In this document: positions 49,140-61,237 of the stretch, in pieces
Layout: each line of letters opens with the position of its first letter
Position numbering within the stretch: position 1 is the stretch's first letter
NCBI GenBank assembly: GCA_977017645.1
Contig: OZ360250.1
Span: forward strand, 15,376,001-15,440,000
Length of the DNA stretch: 64,000 bases
Origin: Torpedo marmorata
Lineage: Eukaryota
Reading direction: 5' to 3'
Position numbers and translations under genes: made by a program
Notes under the pieces: generated by a model
What the model saw: only the letters and a program-made list of their open reading frames with translations
Told to the model about the DNA's origin: nothing
Database searches by the model: none

Positions 49140-50125
49140 ATACACAAACATGCTGGAGAAACTCAGTAAAAACACAATGCTGGAGAAACTCAGCAGGTCA
49201 AACAGCACACTTTATATAGCAAAAATAAAGATACATAACCGATGTTTCGGGCCTGAGCCCTTTGTCAAGGTAGTTTGAGAGCACCAGGGATTACAGATTA
49301 GGCGCAGTGAGAGAGATGCTGGAGAAACTCAGCAGGTCATGCAGCATCTATAGGAAGTAAAGGGTAACCAACGTTTCGGGCCTGAGCTCATCTTTGCAGC
49401 TTGAGAGCAGCAGGGATTGCAGAAGAGGAGCAGGGAGAGAGACTAGCAGAACTCCCTTCGAAGAGAGGTGGAGAATTCCTCGATGAGACTTCGCAGCGGT
49501 GCTGCTGAATGGAGTTAAAACAGGTAAGTCTGCAGACGTTGTGATTACAGTAGCATACACAAAAGTGCTGGAGAAACTCAGCAGGTAAGGCAGCATCTAT
49601 AGGATGTAAAGGATAACCGGGCTCAAGCCCAAAATGTGGGTTACCCTTTACTTGCTATAGATCAGGGGTAGCCAAACTTGCTTAACGTAAGAGCCACATA
49701 TGATAAACTTCAGATATTTGAAAGCCGCAAGACATGACAAAATATTACATACACGTTTTTACTTTTACATGCATATTTTGTACAAAAATTTTATATAAAT
49801 ATTAAGAAAATCATGTACGCAATAATATTTATTCATGGATGTGGTTTTTAAACTGCTAATTTGCATTAGTTTCAATAATCAAAGAGTACACATATACATA
49901 CCAAATATTTTCAAAATCCTGACTGACTTTCTGTGGAAATCACTGCCCAAGGAAGCATTATCTGGTATCTCCTCCAGCCAACATATTTCCGCGAGCCACA
50001 CATTACATGTCAAAGAGCCACATGTGGCTCACGAGCTGCGGTTTGGCCAACCCTGCTATAGATGATGCATGACCTGCTGAGTTTGTGTTATTCATTACAA
50101 TTGCAGCATCTGCAGATTTTCCTGT
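49140..50125. mobile_element. Cluster of Penelope-derived short units in mixed orientation
   Basis: Four or more tgctggagaaactcagcagg boxes with gtttcgggcctgagcc motifs. The last unit is palindromic and split by a hAT MITE. Confidence 0.75.
49663..50055. mobile_element. hAT (Charlie-like) MITE
   Basis: TIRs CAGGGGTAGCCAAAC / GTTTGGCCAACCCTG. Perfect 8-bp TSD CTATAGAT at 49655-49662 and 50056-50063. Confidence 0.92.
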
Positions 50126-50689
50126 TGAACTGACGATGAAACTGCCTGCTTGTTGTATGACCTCGGGGATGAACTCCTGACAACCTTCCCTAGTCTTTGA
50201 AACGTTTAACTGGGAGGAGGGAGCTGCGGTGTCTGCAAACTGCAGGGAGCTGCGATTCCCATTCAGAGACGTGAACGGCGGGGGTTCAGTGGAAGGGAAA
50301 GACAGCCTCAAAATCAACAAACCTACAGCTGCTGGAAACCTGAAATGAAAACAGAAAATGCTGGAAATGCTTAGTAGGTCGGGCAGCATCTGTGGAGAAA
50401 CAGATGAAGGGTCTCCGAACTGAAACGATAAACGGTTTCTCTTTCTGGAAAGAATGCTAAGAGCAGGATTTCTGGTTATGTCTTGCATGATGGTCAGTGC
50501 CCATGAGGGAAAACAGGTAGCTTCATGTGTGATCTGATGAGGGATTGCTTCCTCCACGGATCCTACTGATCTCCTGGGCGATTTCTTCATTTTATTTGAC
50601 TTCCATCATCGGGAGATTTTTTTAAAATTTCTTGCGCAAACATCAGTGAATGTCCCAGCCTCCATTCAAACATTTCAACAATACAGCTG

Positions 50690-51040
50690 ATCCCTTTCCT
50701 CTACTGATGGCGTTTACCGGGATCATAGCTTAAATAGGGCTCAAAGAATTATAGAGGATCCTTTCCACCCAGCACACACTACCTTTGACCCACTACCTTC
50801 AAGGAGGAGGTACAGGAGCATCAAAATCAGGACTGCCAGGCTGGGAAATAGTTGCTTCATTCAGGCTGTGAGCTTCCTATAACTGAGTAAATCGTTCCAA
50901 AATATTTATATATATTTCTTTTAAATTATATCTTTACGTATATACCGTATGTTATTATTATGTGCTGTGTATTGTGTACACCATGGTCCCAAGAAACGTC
51001 GTTTCGTCTGGTTGTATATGTACAGTCAGATGATAAACTT
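50690..51040 (+). mobile_element. Old Rex1/Babar 3' fragment
   Basis: RAQRIIEDPFHPAHTTFDPLPSRRRYRSIKIRTARLGNSCF.QAV resembles the C-terminus of the elements at 26.8-29 kb. Confidence 0.72.
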
Positions 51041-51136
51041 AATGTCCTTTGGCCGTTAAAAGATGTTTGAGAACTTGGCTCTGAGAATTTGTGTGGGCGA
51101 AGTTTGAAATCTTATTGTTATCTATCTTTTATTCAG

Positions 51137-51509
51137 CTCCTCCTGCACAGGTGCACAGCAGCACGGCTGCATTTAATGTCACTAAGCCTGCTGCGGTCCC
51201 AGAAGCTGTGCAGCCACCGGCTGCAGTGTCGAGCAGCCGGCCGCCGTGGATAATGGATGACAGCTTTGCCCAGAAGTTCCAGGCTGGGAAAAGCACTACC
51301 ACGCTCACCAAACACATTCAACCTTTGCCACACTCTGCGCCCCCGAAGCCACCGGTGTTGACCGCGCCTCAGGCTCCTGCCCACGAGCCTCCACATGTCC
51401 CGCTGCCAGGGCAAACAGCGGGAGGCATCCGCAACCTGGTGCAGAGGGCAGAGAGATTCCCTGCCAGCAGTCGGACCCCTCTGTGTGGACAGTGCAACAG
51501 TATCATCAG
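51137..51509 (+). CDS. LDB3: LDB3 linker exon ending in the start of LIM1 (373 nt, phase 1 to 2)
   Basis: attcag| ... ATCAG|gtgcag. Contains SRPPWIMDDSFAQKFQAGKSTTT and VQRAERFPASSRTPLCGQCNSIIR, both diagnostic of LDB3. Confidence 0.96.
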
Positions 51510-52378
51510 GTGCAGACACCGCCCTTTCTTGATCTCCTTTAGCCAAGGCACATTTGTGAATTTATTTGTAATTTTGTTCGGTGAAAGAGGAAGGGCCATC
51601 CCTTCTGTTATCCCTGTTCAGCATAGGGTTTGGTTATAGGGAAGTAACAATGGAGATGAAGCCAAGGAAATGGGGGCCAGGTTTGAGGCTGATGTTGGGA
51701 ATAAGGCCCTTGGTGTGGCTTCATCCAAATGAATAGTAGGTCAGGGAGAAAGGCCTGGAGGGGGTAGAATTGGAGGCAGGGGTCTTGTCATTTTTTTTGG
51801 CACATCCAGGGGAAATCATGGGGGCTATAAATGAACTAGGAATGGGCCTTTGCTTTGGGAATGGAGAAGCAAGGAATCACCTGGAACAAGGAGTGCCAAG
51901 GGCCAAGCAGGTCTCCCAATAGACCGATTTTGAACGTTTTTGAGACAGTTGCTTACTTGGTTATACACAGAGAGTTCAGAGAGAAATTAACTCTTCCATG
52001 GAGCACGTTGATCTTGCGGTTGTGAATGGATGGGATGGTAAAGTGAGTAACCTTGTCAATGATGGGTTGAGTTGTGAAGAATGACCCTCTCCTGCATGGT
52101 GTTTGTACATTTTCTTTATAATCCAGGACTAAAGGATAGTGTTTAAAATCCAGATATCAAAAGATAATGGGAGAATGTTGAACAATTGTGTAACAGAGGG
52201 AAATTGTATTAACGAACTGATTACCAATAAGGGTGTTGGATCATTTCCTGTTAGGAGAGGAATTTGCCGGATTGTTCATTGCAGAATCACGGGGTGAAAG
52301 GGTAGCTGGTTTGGAAGGGTGTGTTAGCTCTCTTCCCCACATACTATTACTGTACAATATTGCTCCTTCTGTCTCCAG

Positions 52379-52559
52379 AGGTCCTTTCCTTGTGGCATTG
52401 GGTCGTTCCTGGCACCCGGAAGAGTTCAACTGCACCTACTGCAAGACCTCACTGGTGGATACCGGTTTTGTAGAGGAGCAGAACAACATTTACTGCGAGC
52501 GATGCTACGAGCAGTTCTTCGCTCCAAACTGTGCCAAGTGTAATGCAAAGATCATGGGG
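52379..52559 (+). CDS. LDB3: LDB3 LIM1 / start of LIM2 exon (181 nt)
   Basis: ctccag| ... GGG|gtaggt. [60 protein letters not shown] has the LIM zinc-finger Cys/His spacing. Confidence 0.97.
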
Positions 52560-52777
52560 GTAGGTGAAGGTTTGTGATGAACAGTGTTGTCAGCAAACAA
52601 GTAGGTGGCAGCACTGAGCCAGGCGAGGAACCGGACATTGCTACACCAGTTGGAGAATGAAATGATCCACTCATTTCCGGGACCACATCTATAGGAAGCA
52701 GTCCTGAAATACATTGTCTTGCTGAAAAGTCTGCTTAATTTGTATTGCATGCACATTTAGAAGCAAAATATACAATG

Positions 52778-53225
52778 TAAAACACAATGCTGGAGAAACT
52801 CAGCAGGTACTTTATGTAGCAAAGATAAAGATACATAACCAATATTTTGGGTTTGAGCCCTTCATCAAGGTATGAGCAAAATGTAGGCAGGCGTCTGAAT
52901 AAAATGGTGGGGGCGGGGGGGGGAGCACAGTCCCACAGGCAGGAGGTAATAGGTGGATAAGGGAGGGAGGGAGGGCACACCAGCAAACAGGGGAAGGGGG
53001 GATGGCTCTGTGAGAGAGGGAAGGGGGGGGGAAGCAGGAGGAAAGGGTTAGGGAAGAGAGAGAGAATGGAGAAGTGGGCTAGCAGAAACTGGAGAAGTGG
53101 ATGTTAATGCTAGAGAGTGCCCAGACGTTTCTGAGTTTCTCCAGAGTACACTGTTTGACCTGCTGATTTCTCCAGCATTGTGTTTTTACTTCAATCACGG
53201 TGTCTGCAGACTTTCGTGTTTTACC
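52778..53225 (-). mobile_element. Penelope-like 3' fragment with inverted terminal segment
   Basis: 52778-53110 is the reverse complement of 46640-47000. 53145-53225 is the terminal box in + orientation. Confidence 0.82.
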
Positions 53226-53484
53226 CATATAACAATGTGTGTAAGATGTTATCAGGGACAGAAACTCTGGGTTATTTTACCATTCATCCAGGGACTCAGT
53301 CATCGATCAGAAGCATCACCTCTCTTGCAGACACTGCCTGCTGAATTTGTAACACATCCCTTGTATCCATCCACTCACCAGTCATGTTTCCTTTTAGAGA
53401 CAAAGAGATATCAATGCCTAACAGCTGGTCCTTGAAATGTCTCGCAGAGTGCAGGAATCATCCTCAGCTGCTGGACAAGCCTGC

Positions 53485-53772
53485 ACATAAGAACATAAGA
53501 AATAGGAGCAGGAGTAGGCCATTCGGCCCATCGAGCTGCTCCGCCATTCAGTGAGATCATGGCTGATCTGATGATAGGCTCATCTCCATCTACCTCCCTT
53601 TTCCCCATATCCCTTAATTTCCCTAATTTGTAAAAATCTATCCAACCTTGTCTTAAATATATTTACTGAGGTCGCCTCCACTGCTTCAATGGGCAGCGAA
53701 TTCCATTGATTCACCGCCCTCTGGGAATAGCAGTTCCTCCTCATCTCTGTCCTAAATCGACTACCCTGAATC
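53485..53772 (-). mobile_element. CR1 3' fragment
   Basis: RRNCYSQRAVNQWNSLP and (cataagaa)n tail. Same subfamily as 12126. Confidence 0.82.
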
Positions 53773-54682
53773 TTTTTTTTCAATATTTTATTTTAAATTT
53801 TCACACAGTAATAATATACATTGTTAACTTCAGAGAGATCTTTTATAGTTACCATATATTGTATTACATAGTGTATCTACCCCTTCCCTTAACCCCCCCA
53901 ATCCCTTATAACATTTTTCAAACATTTCAAATTAAAATTATTACTTAATATTTCTAATCCCACCCTCTACCCACTCCCTCCCCTTACATTCCCTCCCCTT
54001 CCTAAAATCTACAAAAGAAAAGGAAAAAGAAAAAAGAAAGAAATATAATATTTTTCTTATAAAAGACATCTATGTGGATCGCCCGGAGATTCATAGTTCG
54101 ACGCAAGGTTTTCAACAGTGTTTTTATTATTTAAATTTGAGGGAGTTCGCATATGGCCTAGGGTATGGAATAACACATCTACATATTCATACCTAATGAT
54201 TGGATATATGGACGCCAAATTTGCAAAAATACCCCATATTTATTTCTCATATTGTATGTTATTTTTTCCAATGGAATACAACTCTGTATCTCTGTATTCC
54301 ATCTTTCCATACCTAAATTTGTATCTGATTTCCAAGTTACTGCTATACACTTCCTCGCTACCGCTAGGGCAATTTTAACACATTTCAATTGATATATTGA
54401 TAACTTCAAATTTGGTCTGGTTCCTTCAACATTCCCTAATAAAAATAAATCAGGGTTTTGTGGGAGTGTAACACCCGTAATTTGCTTTAACAAATTCCCT
54501 AATTCCACCCAGAAGGGTCTTACGAACATAACCAAGTTGAATGTAAAAAAGTTCCCACTTCTTCACCACATCTAAAACACTTATTTGGTAATGCAGATTT
54601 CATTTTATTCAATTTTTGTGGTGTAAGATATAATTGGTGTAAAATGTTATACTGAACTAATCTATATCTTACATTAATAGTG
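53773..54682 (-). mobile_element. L1-clade LINE 3' fragment
   Basis: INVRYRLVQYNILHQLYLTPQKL...CFRCGEEVGTFLHSTWLC...ARKCIAVTWK...LEKITY. Poly-T at 53773. Confidence 0.88.
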
Positions 54683-54759
54683 TGCCAGGACCCCCTTAAA
54701 TGTGCTGTGACCCCCCTGGGGGCTGTATGTCTACCGTAGAGTGTAGGAGGATGAGGGGT

Positions 54760-55085
54760 GACATTATAGAGGTTTATTAAATCATGAATGGCATGGATAA
54801 AATGTTCATCCACAGGGTAAACAATACTAGAATGAGAGGATTTAAGGTCAGAGATTTAAGAGGGATCTGAGGGACAACCTTTTCACCCAGTGGGTGGTTC
54901 ATATCTGGAACGTTTCTGGAGGAAGCTTTTGAAGCAGGCACAATTACAACGTTCAAGACACGTGGGCAGATATGTGGACAGAAAGGGCTTAGAAGGATAC
55001 GGACCAAATACAGGCAAATGGGACTAGCCCAGAATGCCAACTTGGTTGGGCCAAAGGTCCTCTTCCATACTGTATGACTCTATGA
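54760..55085 (+). mobile_element. Old CR1 3' fragment
   Basis: gacattatagaggtttattaaatcatgaatggcatggata...gatctgagggacaaccttttcacccag. Confidence 0.65.
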
Positions 55086-55387
55086 CAGCCCCTTGTCCTT
55101 ACTTAACCTCCACGAAGATTCAGAGTACGTTGACCATGATCTGGAAAATGAATTCATTCCACATTCCCTTCTGCAGAATCCTTCACCATGCTTTGCCTTC
55201 TTGTAATCCAATTGCCTGGCCACACCCATCTTTGCTATCCAATCTGGTTCAACTGGCTTTGTAATATATTATTCTCTGTTGAACATGGTAGGTCAGGTTT
55301 CATGCTAAACAGTTGGCTTCATTTTTTCACCAAACTGGAATTTACTGTTAAGTAAATCTCTATAGATTTATACGGTATTATAATTAT

Positions 55388-55548
55388 TGAACAAGGTTGG
55401 ATAGATTTCTACATAGTAAGGGAATTAAGGGATATGGGAAAAGGCAGATAGGTGGAGATGAGCCTATCATCAGATCAGCCATGATCACATTGAATGGCGA
55501 AGCAGGGTCGACGGGCCGGATGGCCGACTTCTGCTCCTAGTTCTTATG
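55388..55548 (+). mobile_element. CR1 3' tail fragment
   Basis: Reverse complement of 53485-53650. Confidence 0.75.
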
Positions 55549-55650
55549 AATTCGGGATTGCTTGTGCTTGGGCAAAATACTTACTTTCAATATTATATTC
55601 ATTGGAGAGTCATCATTCTACTTTGCTGATTGGGCTGTTTTCTGTTGCAG

Positions 55651-55771
55651 GAAGTGATGCATGCCTTGCGACAGACCTGGCACACCACCTGCTTTGTCTG
55701 TGCTGCCTGCGGAAAATCTTTTGGGAACAGTCTTTTCCACATGGAAGATGGAGAGCCCTACTGTGAAAAAG
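55651..55771 (+). CDS. LDB3: LDB3 LIM2 exon (121 nt)
   Basis: gttgcag| ... AAAG|gtgcgt. [40 protein letters not shown]. Confidence 0.97.
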
Positions 55772-55847
55772 GTGCGTAGAGCTGGCTTCAAAGTCCACTG
55801 GTAAATTGGCACGCATGGTGAAACACGTGTATCTTTTTCCTCTTCTA

Positions 55848-56232
55848 CTTTCAAGATTCTTTTATTGTCATGTAATAAAACAGAAAATGTGATATTACAC
55901 AAGATTTCCTTTAGTCTACCGCAAGGCAGATTTGCCGTTGGCAGAAATTGCCCGGCGCCCTTTATAGTCAGAGAAAGTGAAGCAAGAGGGTCGTCCCCCC
56001 AGAGTCACTGAGTGTCTGTGGATTTCCCTCCAGCCTCTGCAGCCAAACAGACTTTAGTCCAAACCATTGGCAACTCGAGCTCCAGATCCAAACCTCCGAC
56101 ATGATCAGGAAGCCTTCAGTGCCCGAGGCACCCTCTCACATCTCAGTTCTGGTACCTGGTACCCTTTCAGCCAGTCTCAAGCAGTCTGCAGCCTGGTGCG
56201 AGTTCCCTTGACCGTAGTCACCAGCAGCCCAC
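55848..56232 (-). mobile_element. Unclassified non-autonomous retroposon with ACAATAAA-type tail
   Basis: Co-linear with 57673-58060. Reverse complement ends ...atgacaataaaagaatcttgaa. Confidence 0.65.
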
Positions 56233-56798
56233 ATCCTGCTCCCCTTCCCCATCAATAACTCCTGCTGACATTTGGTGCCAAGACCCATCCTGGCAACCCT
56301 CCACTTCAATTGGAAGGTAGAGCAAGTAAATCCCACATAAGCTGAGAATAAATGAGTGACAGTAGCCCTGTCTTATGGGTTCTGCTTTCCATGATAACTG
56401 TCCTTTAAAAGACAAATGATCTCACGCTTTAAAGAAAGGATTTGTGCAAGTTTATTTAAACATCATTTGTACAGGAAAGTTCAAGCACGTGTTTGATGTC
56501 ATCAAAGTGAAGGACTAATAACTGAAAACAGAACCAGCCTGACTTGGTCTTCAGTTGCCTTAGGACACTGATTCTGTAATGGTAATTCTGATTACTCCCA
56601 ACTCCTTGTGGTGCAGCTTCTTTGGCTATGTCTGCTATTAGGTGACAGGTACCTGCCAGTGAGTCACAAAGATTGAGTGAATAATGAAAGAAACACGCTA
56701 ATTTACTGATATAATTTCCTGTGAATGCTACTTGCATAAGTCATATCTGTTTCCAAAGAACATGTTTTAATTTTGCTACTGACAACATAATGATAAAA

Positions 56799-57050
56799 GG
56801 GCAGCACGGTTGGCGTAGCGGTTAGTGCAACGCCTTTACAGCGCCAGCGATCAGGACTTGGGTTTGAATCCCGCGCTGTCTGTAAGGAGTTTGTACGTTC
56901 TCCCCATGTCTGCGTGGGTTTTCCCCGGGGGCTCCGGTTTCCTTCCACCATGAAACGTACCGGGGGTGTAGGTTAATTGGGTGGCACGGACTTGTGGGCA
57001 GAAATGGCCTGTTACCGTGCAGTATGTATGTCTAAATTTTTTAAAAAATT
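56799..57050 (+). mobile_element. V-SINE (only young copy in sense orientation)
   Basis: gggcagcacggttggcgtagcggttag (A box), gggtttgaatccc (B box), V domain, tail. Confidence 0.88.
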
Positions 57051-57103
57051 AAATTTAAAAGTATTCCAAGCAGGAACTCTTTCCTCAGCTTCTTGGTGTT
57101 AAT

Positions 57104-57261
57104 AGACCGCCAAGGAACACCAGGTGCTGTAGGTTTCTGTGAGGGGCGCTGGACAAAGTAGCGACCCTCTGTCTGCCTTACAGTAGACAAAAATTAAAGA
57201 ATTTCATGTATGTTACATTCTAAATGTAGTATTACGTGACAATAATGGAACCTTTACCTTT
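57104..57261 (+). mobile_element. 5'-truncated copy of the 5S-derived SINE
   Basis: Near-identical to 24882-25035. Ends ggaacctttaccttt. Confidence 0.85.
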
Positions 57262-57672
57262 TATAGTAAATGGAGGGAGGGCTGCAGGTTTAAGGAAAGA
57301 TTGGATAGGCTGGGTTTATTCCCGCTGGAAGGCTGAGGGGTGACCTTACAGGGTTTATAACATTATTTGGGACATAGATGGGTTAGATGGTCAGAATCGT
57401 TTCCCCCCTCAGAGGAGCAGACTGTGCAACTCGAAGATTTAAGTTTAAGATGAGAGAGGGAGAAATTTAAAGGAGATCTGAAGGGCAGGTTTTTCCACAA
57501 AGAAAGTAGTGAATATCTGGAACGAGCACCAGGGGTGGTGGTGGAGGCAGATGCAATGACAGCATTTGAAATACATAATGGGTACTTGGACAGGAAAAGC
57601 GTGGAGGGAGAGGGGGCTAATGCAGACAAATGGGATTAGTTTAGTTAGGCACTGTGCTCTGCTTGGACAAGG

Positions 57673-58060
57673 TTCAAGGTTCAAGATTCAATTTATTGTC
57701 ATAGTAATAAGACAGTGTCATATTCCATGAAATTTCTTTTTGCCTGCTACAAGGCAGACAGATTCGCCACCGGCAGAAATTGCCTAAGCGCCTCTTACAT
57801 TCCTTAAAGCAAAAGAGAGTCCCACCAGAGTCACCGAGTGTCCATAGATTCGCCTCCAGCGCTTCCGCAGCCTCCACAGCCACACAGAGTCCAGTCCAAA
57901 CCATCGGCAACCCGAGCCCCAGATCCGAACCTCCAACACGGTCAGGGCGCCCTCGGCACCCCCTCGCATCCCGGTTCCGATACCTGGTACTCCTCCAGCC
58001 AGTTCGAGCAAGCCTCCAGCAGTCCGCAGCCCGGCGTCAGTCCCCCGACATCAGCTGAAA
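57673..58060 (-). mobile_element. Unclassified non-autonomous retroposon, second copy
   Basis: Tail ACAATAAA(TTGAAYC)n on the minus strand. Body shared with 55848-56232. Confidence 0.65.
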
Positions 58061-58384
58061 GGGCCAGTTCCGGCACTGTACGATTCTATGATAAATGCTG
58101 CAGAAAATAAATGATAATACTGATGTAGCTGCATCATCAGCAACCCTTTCTATTATCAGAAAGGCTGAAATGGGAAAAGTCCCTTGAATCCAAGAATCTT
58201 CCATCCAGTGATGCCCACGTCAGCCATGGATTGTCCACTTTGCCGTACAAAGTCTCTTTGACCCACAAGACAGATTTCAAATATGGCTTCTCAATTAGTT
58301 CTCCATTTGGCCTTTTATACATTTCCAAACAACTTGGTCCACTTTTTGTATATTGATTTCCTCAATTTAGCTTTGATGGTAAGC

Positions 58385-59345
58385 AGTGGAAGTGGCAGAT
58401 GAAGTTCAATCCGGAAAAGTGTGAAGTAATACACTTTGGAAGATTGAACTTGAAGGTAGGGTACATGGTTAATGGCAGGATTCTTGGCAGTATGGAGGAA
58501 CAGAGGGATCTTGGGGTCCAAGTCCAGAGATCCTTCAAGGTTGCTGAGCAAGTCGATAGGGTGGTTGATAGGGTGATTACGAAGGCGTATGGTATGTTGG
58601 CCTTCATTAGTCGGGAGAGTTGAGTTCAAGAGCTGCAAGGTAATGTTATTTAAATATTTGTTTTTTACTAATCTCTTTTTAATTCAATCAAGTATACTGT
58701 TTCGTTGTTCTCTTCGTTTTTTTTTAACAAAGTACCTGTTCAGCTGCAACAAGAAAGAATTTCTGTGCATATGTACATTGTACAATGTATATGACAATAA
58801 ACTCATTGTCATTATCATATTGCAGTTCTATAAATCTCTGGTTAGACCACACTTGGAGTATTGTGTTCAGTTCTGGTCACCTCATTATAGGAAGGATGTG
58901 GAAGCTTTGGAGAGGATCAGGAGGCGATTTACCAGGATGCTGCCTGGATGGGAGAACATTTCTTATGTAGAAAGATTGAGCGAGCTAGGGATTTTCTCTG
59001 GAGCGATGGAGGATGAGAGGCAGTTCAATAGATGTATACAAGATTATGAGAGGCAGAGATAGAGTATACAGCCAGCACCTTTTTCCCAGGGCAGCAATGG
59101 CCAATACCAGAGGGCATCCATTTAAGGTGAATGTAAGAAAGTTTAGGGTAGATGTCAGAGGTATGTTTTTTATACAGAGAGTGTGGATGCTTGGAACGCA
59201 GTGCTGGGGATGGTGGAGACTGGCACAATAGAGACTTTTAAAAAAACACATCTGGGTGCAAGAAAAATGGAGGGCTATGGGCTCTGAGTGAGTGAAGGGT
59301 TAGGTTGATATGGAGTAGATTTATACAAGTTGGCACAACATGTTC
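58385..59345 (+). mobile_element. CR1 LINE 3' fragment with an internal insertion at about 58650-58818
   Basis: WQMKFNPEKCEVIHFG, YKSLVRPHLEYCVQFWSPHYRKD. Confidence 0.88.
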
Positions 59346-60839
59346 TGTGAACTCATGCTCTATTGAGTTGCTAAGTACCAAATGCATTGAAGCTTCTTTA
59401 CTGGTGTCCTGCTCCTTGTTTTCTGAGTTGATGGCAAGTTGTTGGTGCCTCCTCCCCATTAGTATCGATTGACCAGTGAATTGATTTTCTATTTCCCCTT
59501 GTTCCTTGCTCCCTCCTCCTGACCATGTCTTGAAAGCACCACATTAGTATTCTCAGCACTTCACACCAAGTTTCTAACTTACTCAAAGGGAGAATAAAGA
59601 TAAACCTCTTGCAGTTTTTGCATCCTTTTTATTGTTCCCCCACTTCTATTCAACTGTCCTCTATTTGCCTCAGACAGTGGCTCCCAAGTTTCTGGGAATG
59701 CAGGCGAGCGAGACCCAGAGGTTGTTGAATGGTTTTCCCATTTAAAGTGATCAGTTTTCCTCCAGTTTATCAGCAGACAGACTGATTGAGAGTGTGACAG
59801 GGCCTCCTGGGGAATAAAGGATCGAGTCGGATCAAGGTGACTGCAGGCGGGAGTGAAGAGTGCCAGCTTTGGGAGACGGTAATTCCTGTTCCACCAGGTC
59901 TGCACACAGTGCTATAAATGGAACCAGGCCTTATTACCTCCATTTTACCAGGCTGTTCCCCAAGTTTGGTTTACCCAGCCCTTTAGTTAAAGAAAAAGTA
60001 CTGAATGAATGTGGCAAATGACCTCCTGAGATGATTTTAGTGATGAACCAACCTCCTGTTTTTTTTTGGTACTTTTAGTTTCACCTCTTCTTTGCAACAC
60101 TTTCTTCCAAACTTAGAATTGGGTGGGGTGGAGTCTAGTTGTGGATTTTAGAAACGTCTTCTTTGATGTCTGATCCAGATCCATTCCATCTTAGAAATTA
60201 AAACTCCTCCCGCTGAGAGCAGCTCAAATAAATTTGATATCCTGGCAAATCCATGCCTTCCTGGTCTCTATATTTTGGCGTGGTTCTGTATGCTAGCATG
60301 TGCAGCATTGTGAATTCAGAAGTTACATCTCATTTCCAAAACCTTAGCAATATTTAAGCTTGTCTTTAATAGATTCTTTATGGCCCTTTGGTACTTTGCT
60401 CTTTCCATAGACATTCGCATTTTGGAGATCTGAGGAGTCCATTTGTCAGAAGGGTGGTGGTGGTATTGAATTGAAAAGGCAGGTTTTACCATATTGTGTA
60501 GCTGTACTGTTCACTGGAAAGGGCAAACTGCCTCTAGCATGAGACACCTAGTCAGTTTCTGAGGGAGAGCTTAATTGCCCCACAGAGAAGTTACCTATTA
60601 AGGCACAACTTGAGGTAATATAAAGGCTGCTGTTTTATCTTCTGGTAACTCGTGACCTTGGCAGAGGTCCAAGAATGTGTCACTGATTTTGCTCAGCTGA
60701 ATGCAGTACATTGAGGAAGTTCCTCTATTGCATACTTTTGTTCTCTTGTTTCTTGATTTAAAATGTTTATTTGTCTTGCATTTCATTTTCTTTTCTCCTT
60801 GCTGATAAACGGAAGTAAAAGACTTTCATTCTTTTCTAG

Positions 60840-60955
60840 ATTACATTGCCCTCTTCAGCACAAAGTGCCATGGCTGTGACTTCCCTGTGGAGGCTGGAGA
60901 CAAGTTCATTGAAGCACTGGGATATACCTGGCATGATACCTGCTTCGTCTGTGCT
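60840..60955 (+). CDS. LDB3: LDB3 LIM3 N-terminal exon (116 nt); the final exon lies beyond the window
   Basis: ttttctag| ... GCT|gtacgt. (D)[38 protein letters not shown]. Confidence 0.97.
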
Positions 60956-61019
60956 GTACGTATGAAGTTACAGCCGCTTGGAGACAAACGCAGCAATTTT
61001 ATTGAAAAGCTTGTAAACA

Positions 61020-61220
61020 AAGTGGCACAGAGACATAGCTAATAGAGCTGCTGCCTCGCACCATCAGAGACCTGGTTTCATTCCTGACCTCCACTGACGT
61101 ATGGGGCTTGCATCCCTGTGACCGCATGCATTTCCTCCAGGTGCCCCGATTACCTCCCACATCCTAAAGACTTGTGGGCTGATAGGTTAATTAATCACTG
61201 TAAATTGCTCTTAATGCAGG
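61020..61220 (+). mobile_element. Old diverged V-SINE
   Basis: gtggcacag...gctgctgcctcgcaccatcagagacctggtttcattcctgacctc...ctcccacatcctaaagac. Confidence 0.7.
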
Positions 61221-61237
61221 TGAGCAGTTGAATCTTA

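Noticed and set aside
51091-51639. Stand-alone 182-aa gene
   Set aside because: It is the LDB3 exon 51137-51509 plus in-frame intronic flanks. The same applies to ORFs 2465-2791 and 52233-52577.
56799-56875. tRNA gene
   Set aside because: A/B boxes are the head of a multi-copy V-SINE, and no convincing cloverleaf forms.
2575-60955. PDLIM5 or PDLIM7 identity
   Set aside because: The QDPDEEA exon, the RFAKLRNWHHGLSAQILN terminal exon and AERFPASSRTPLC match LDB3 best.
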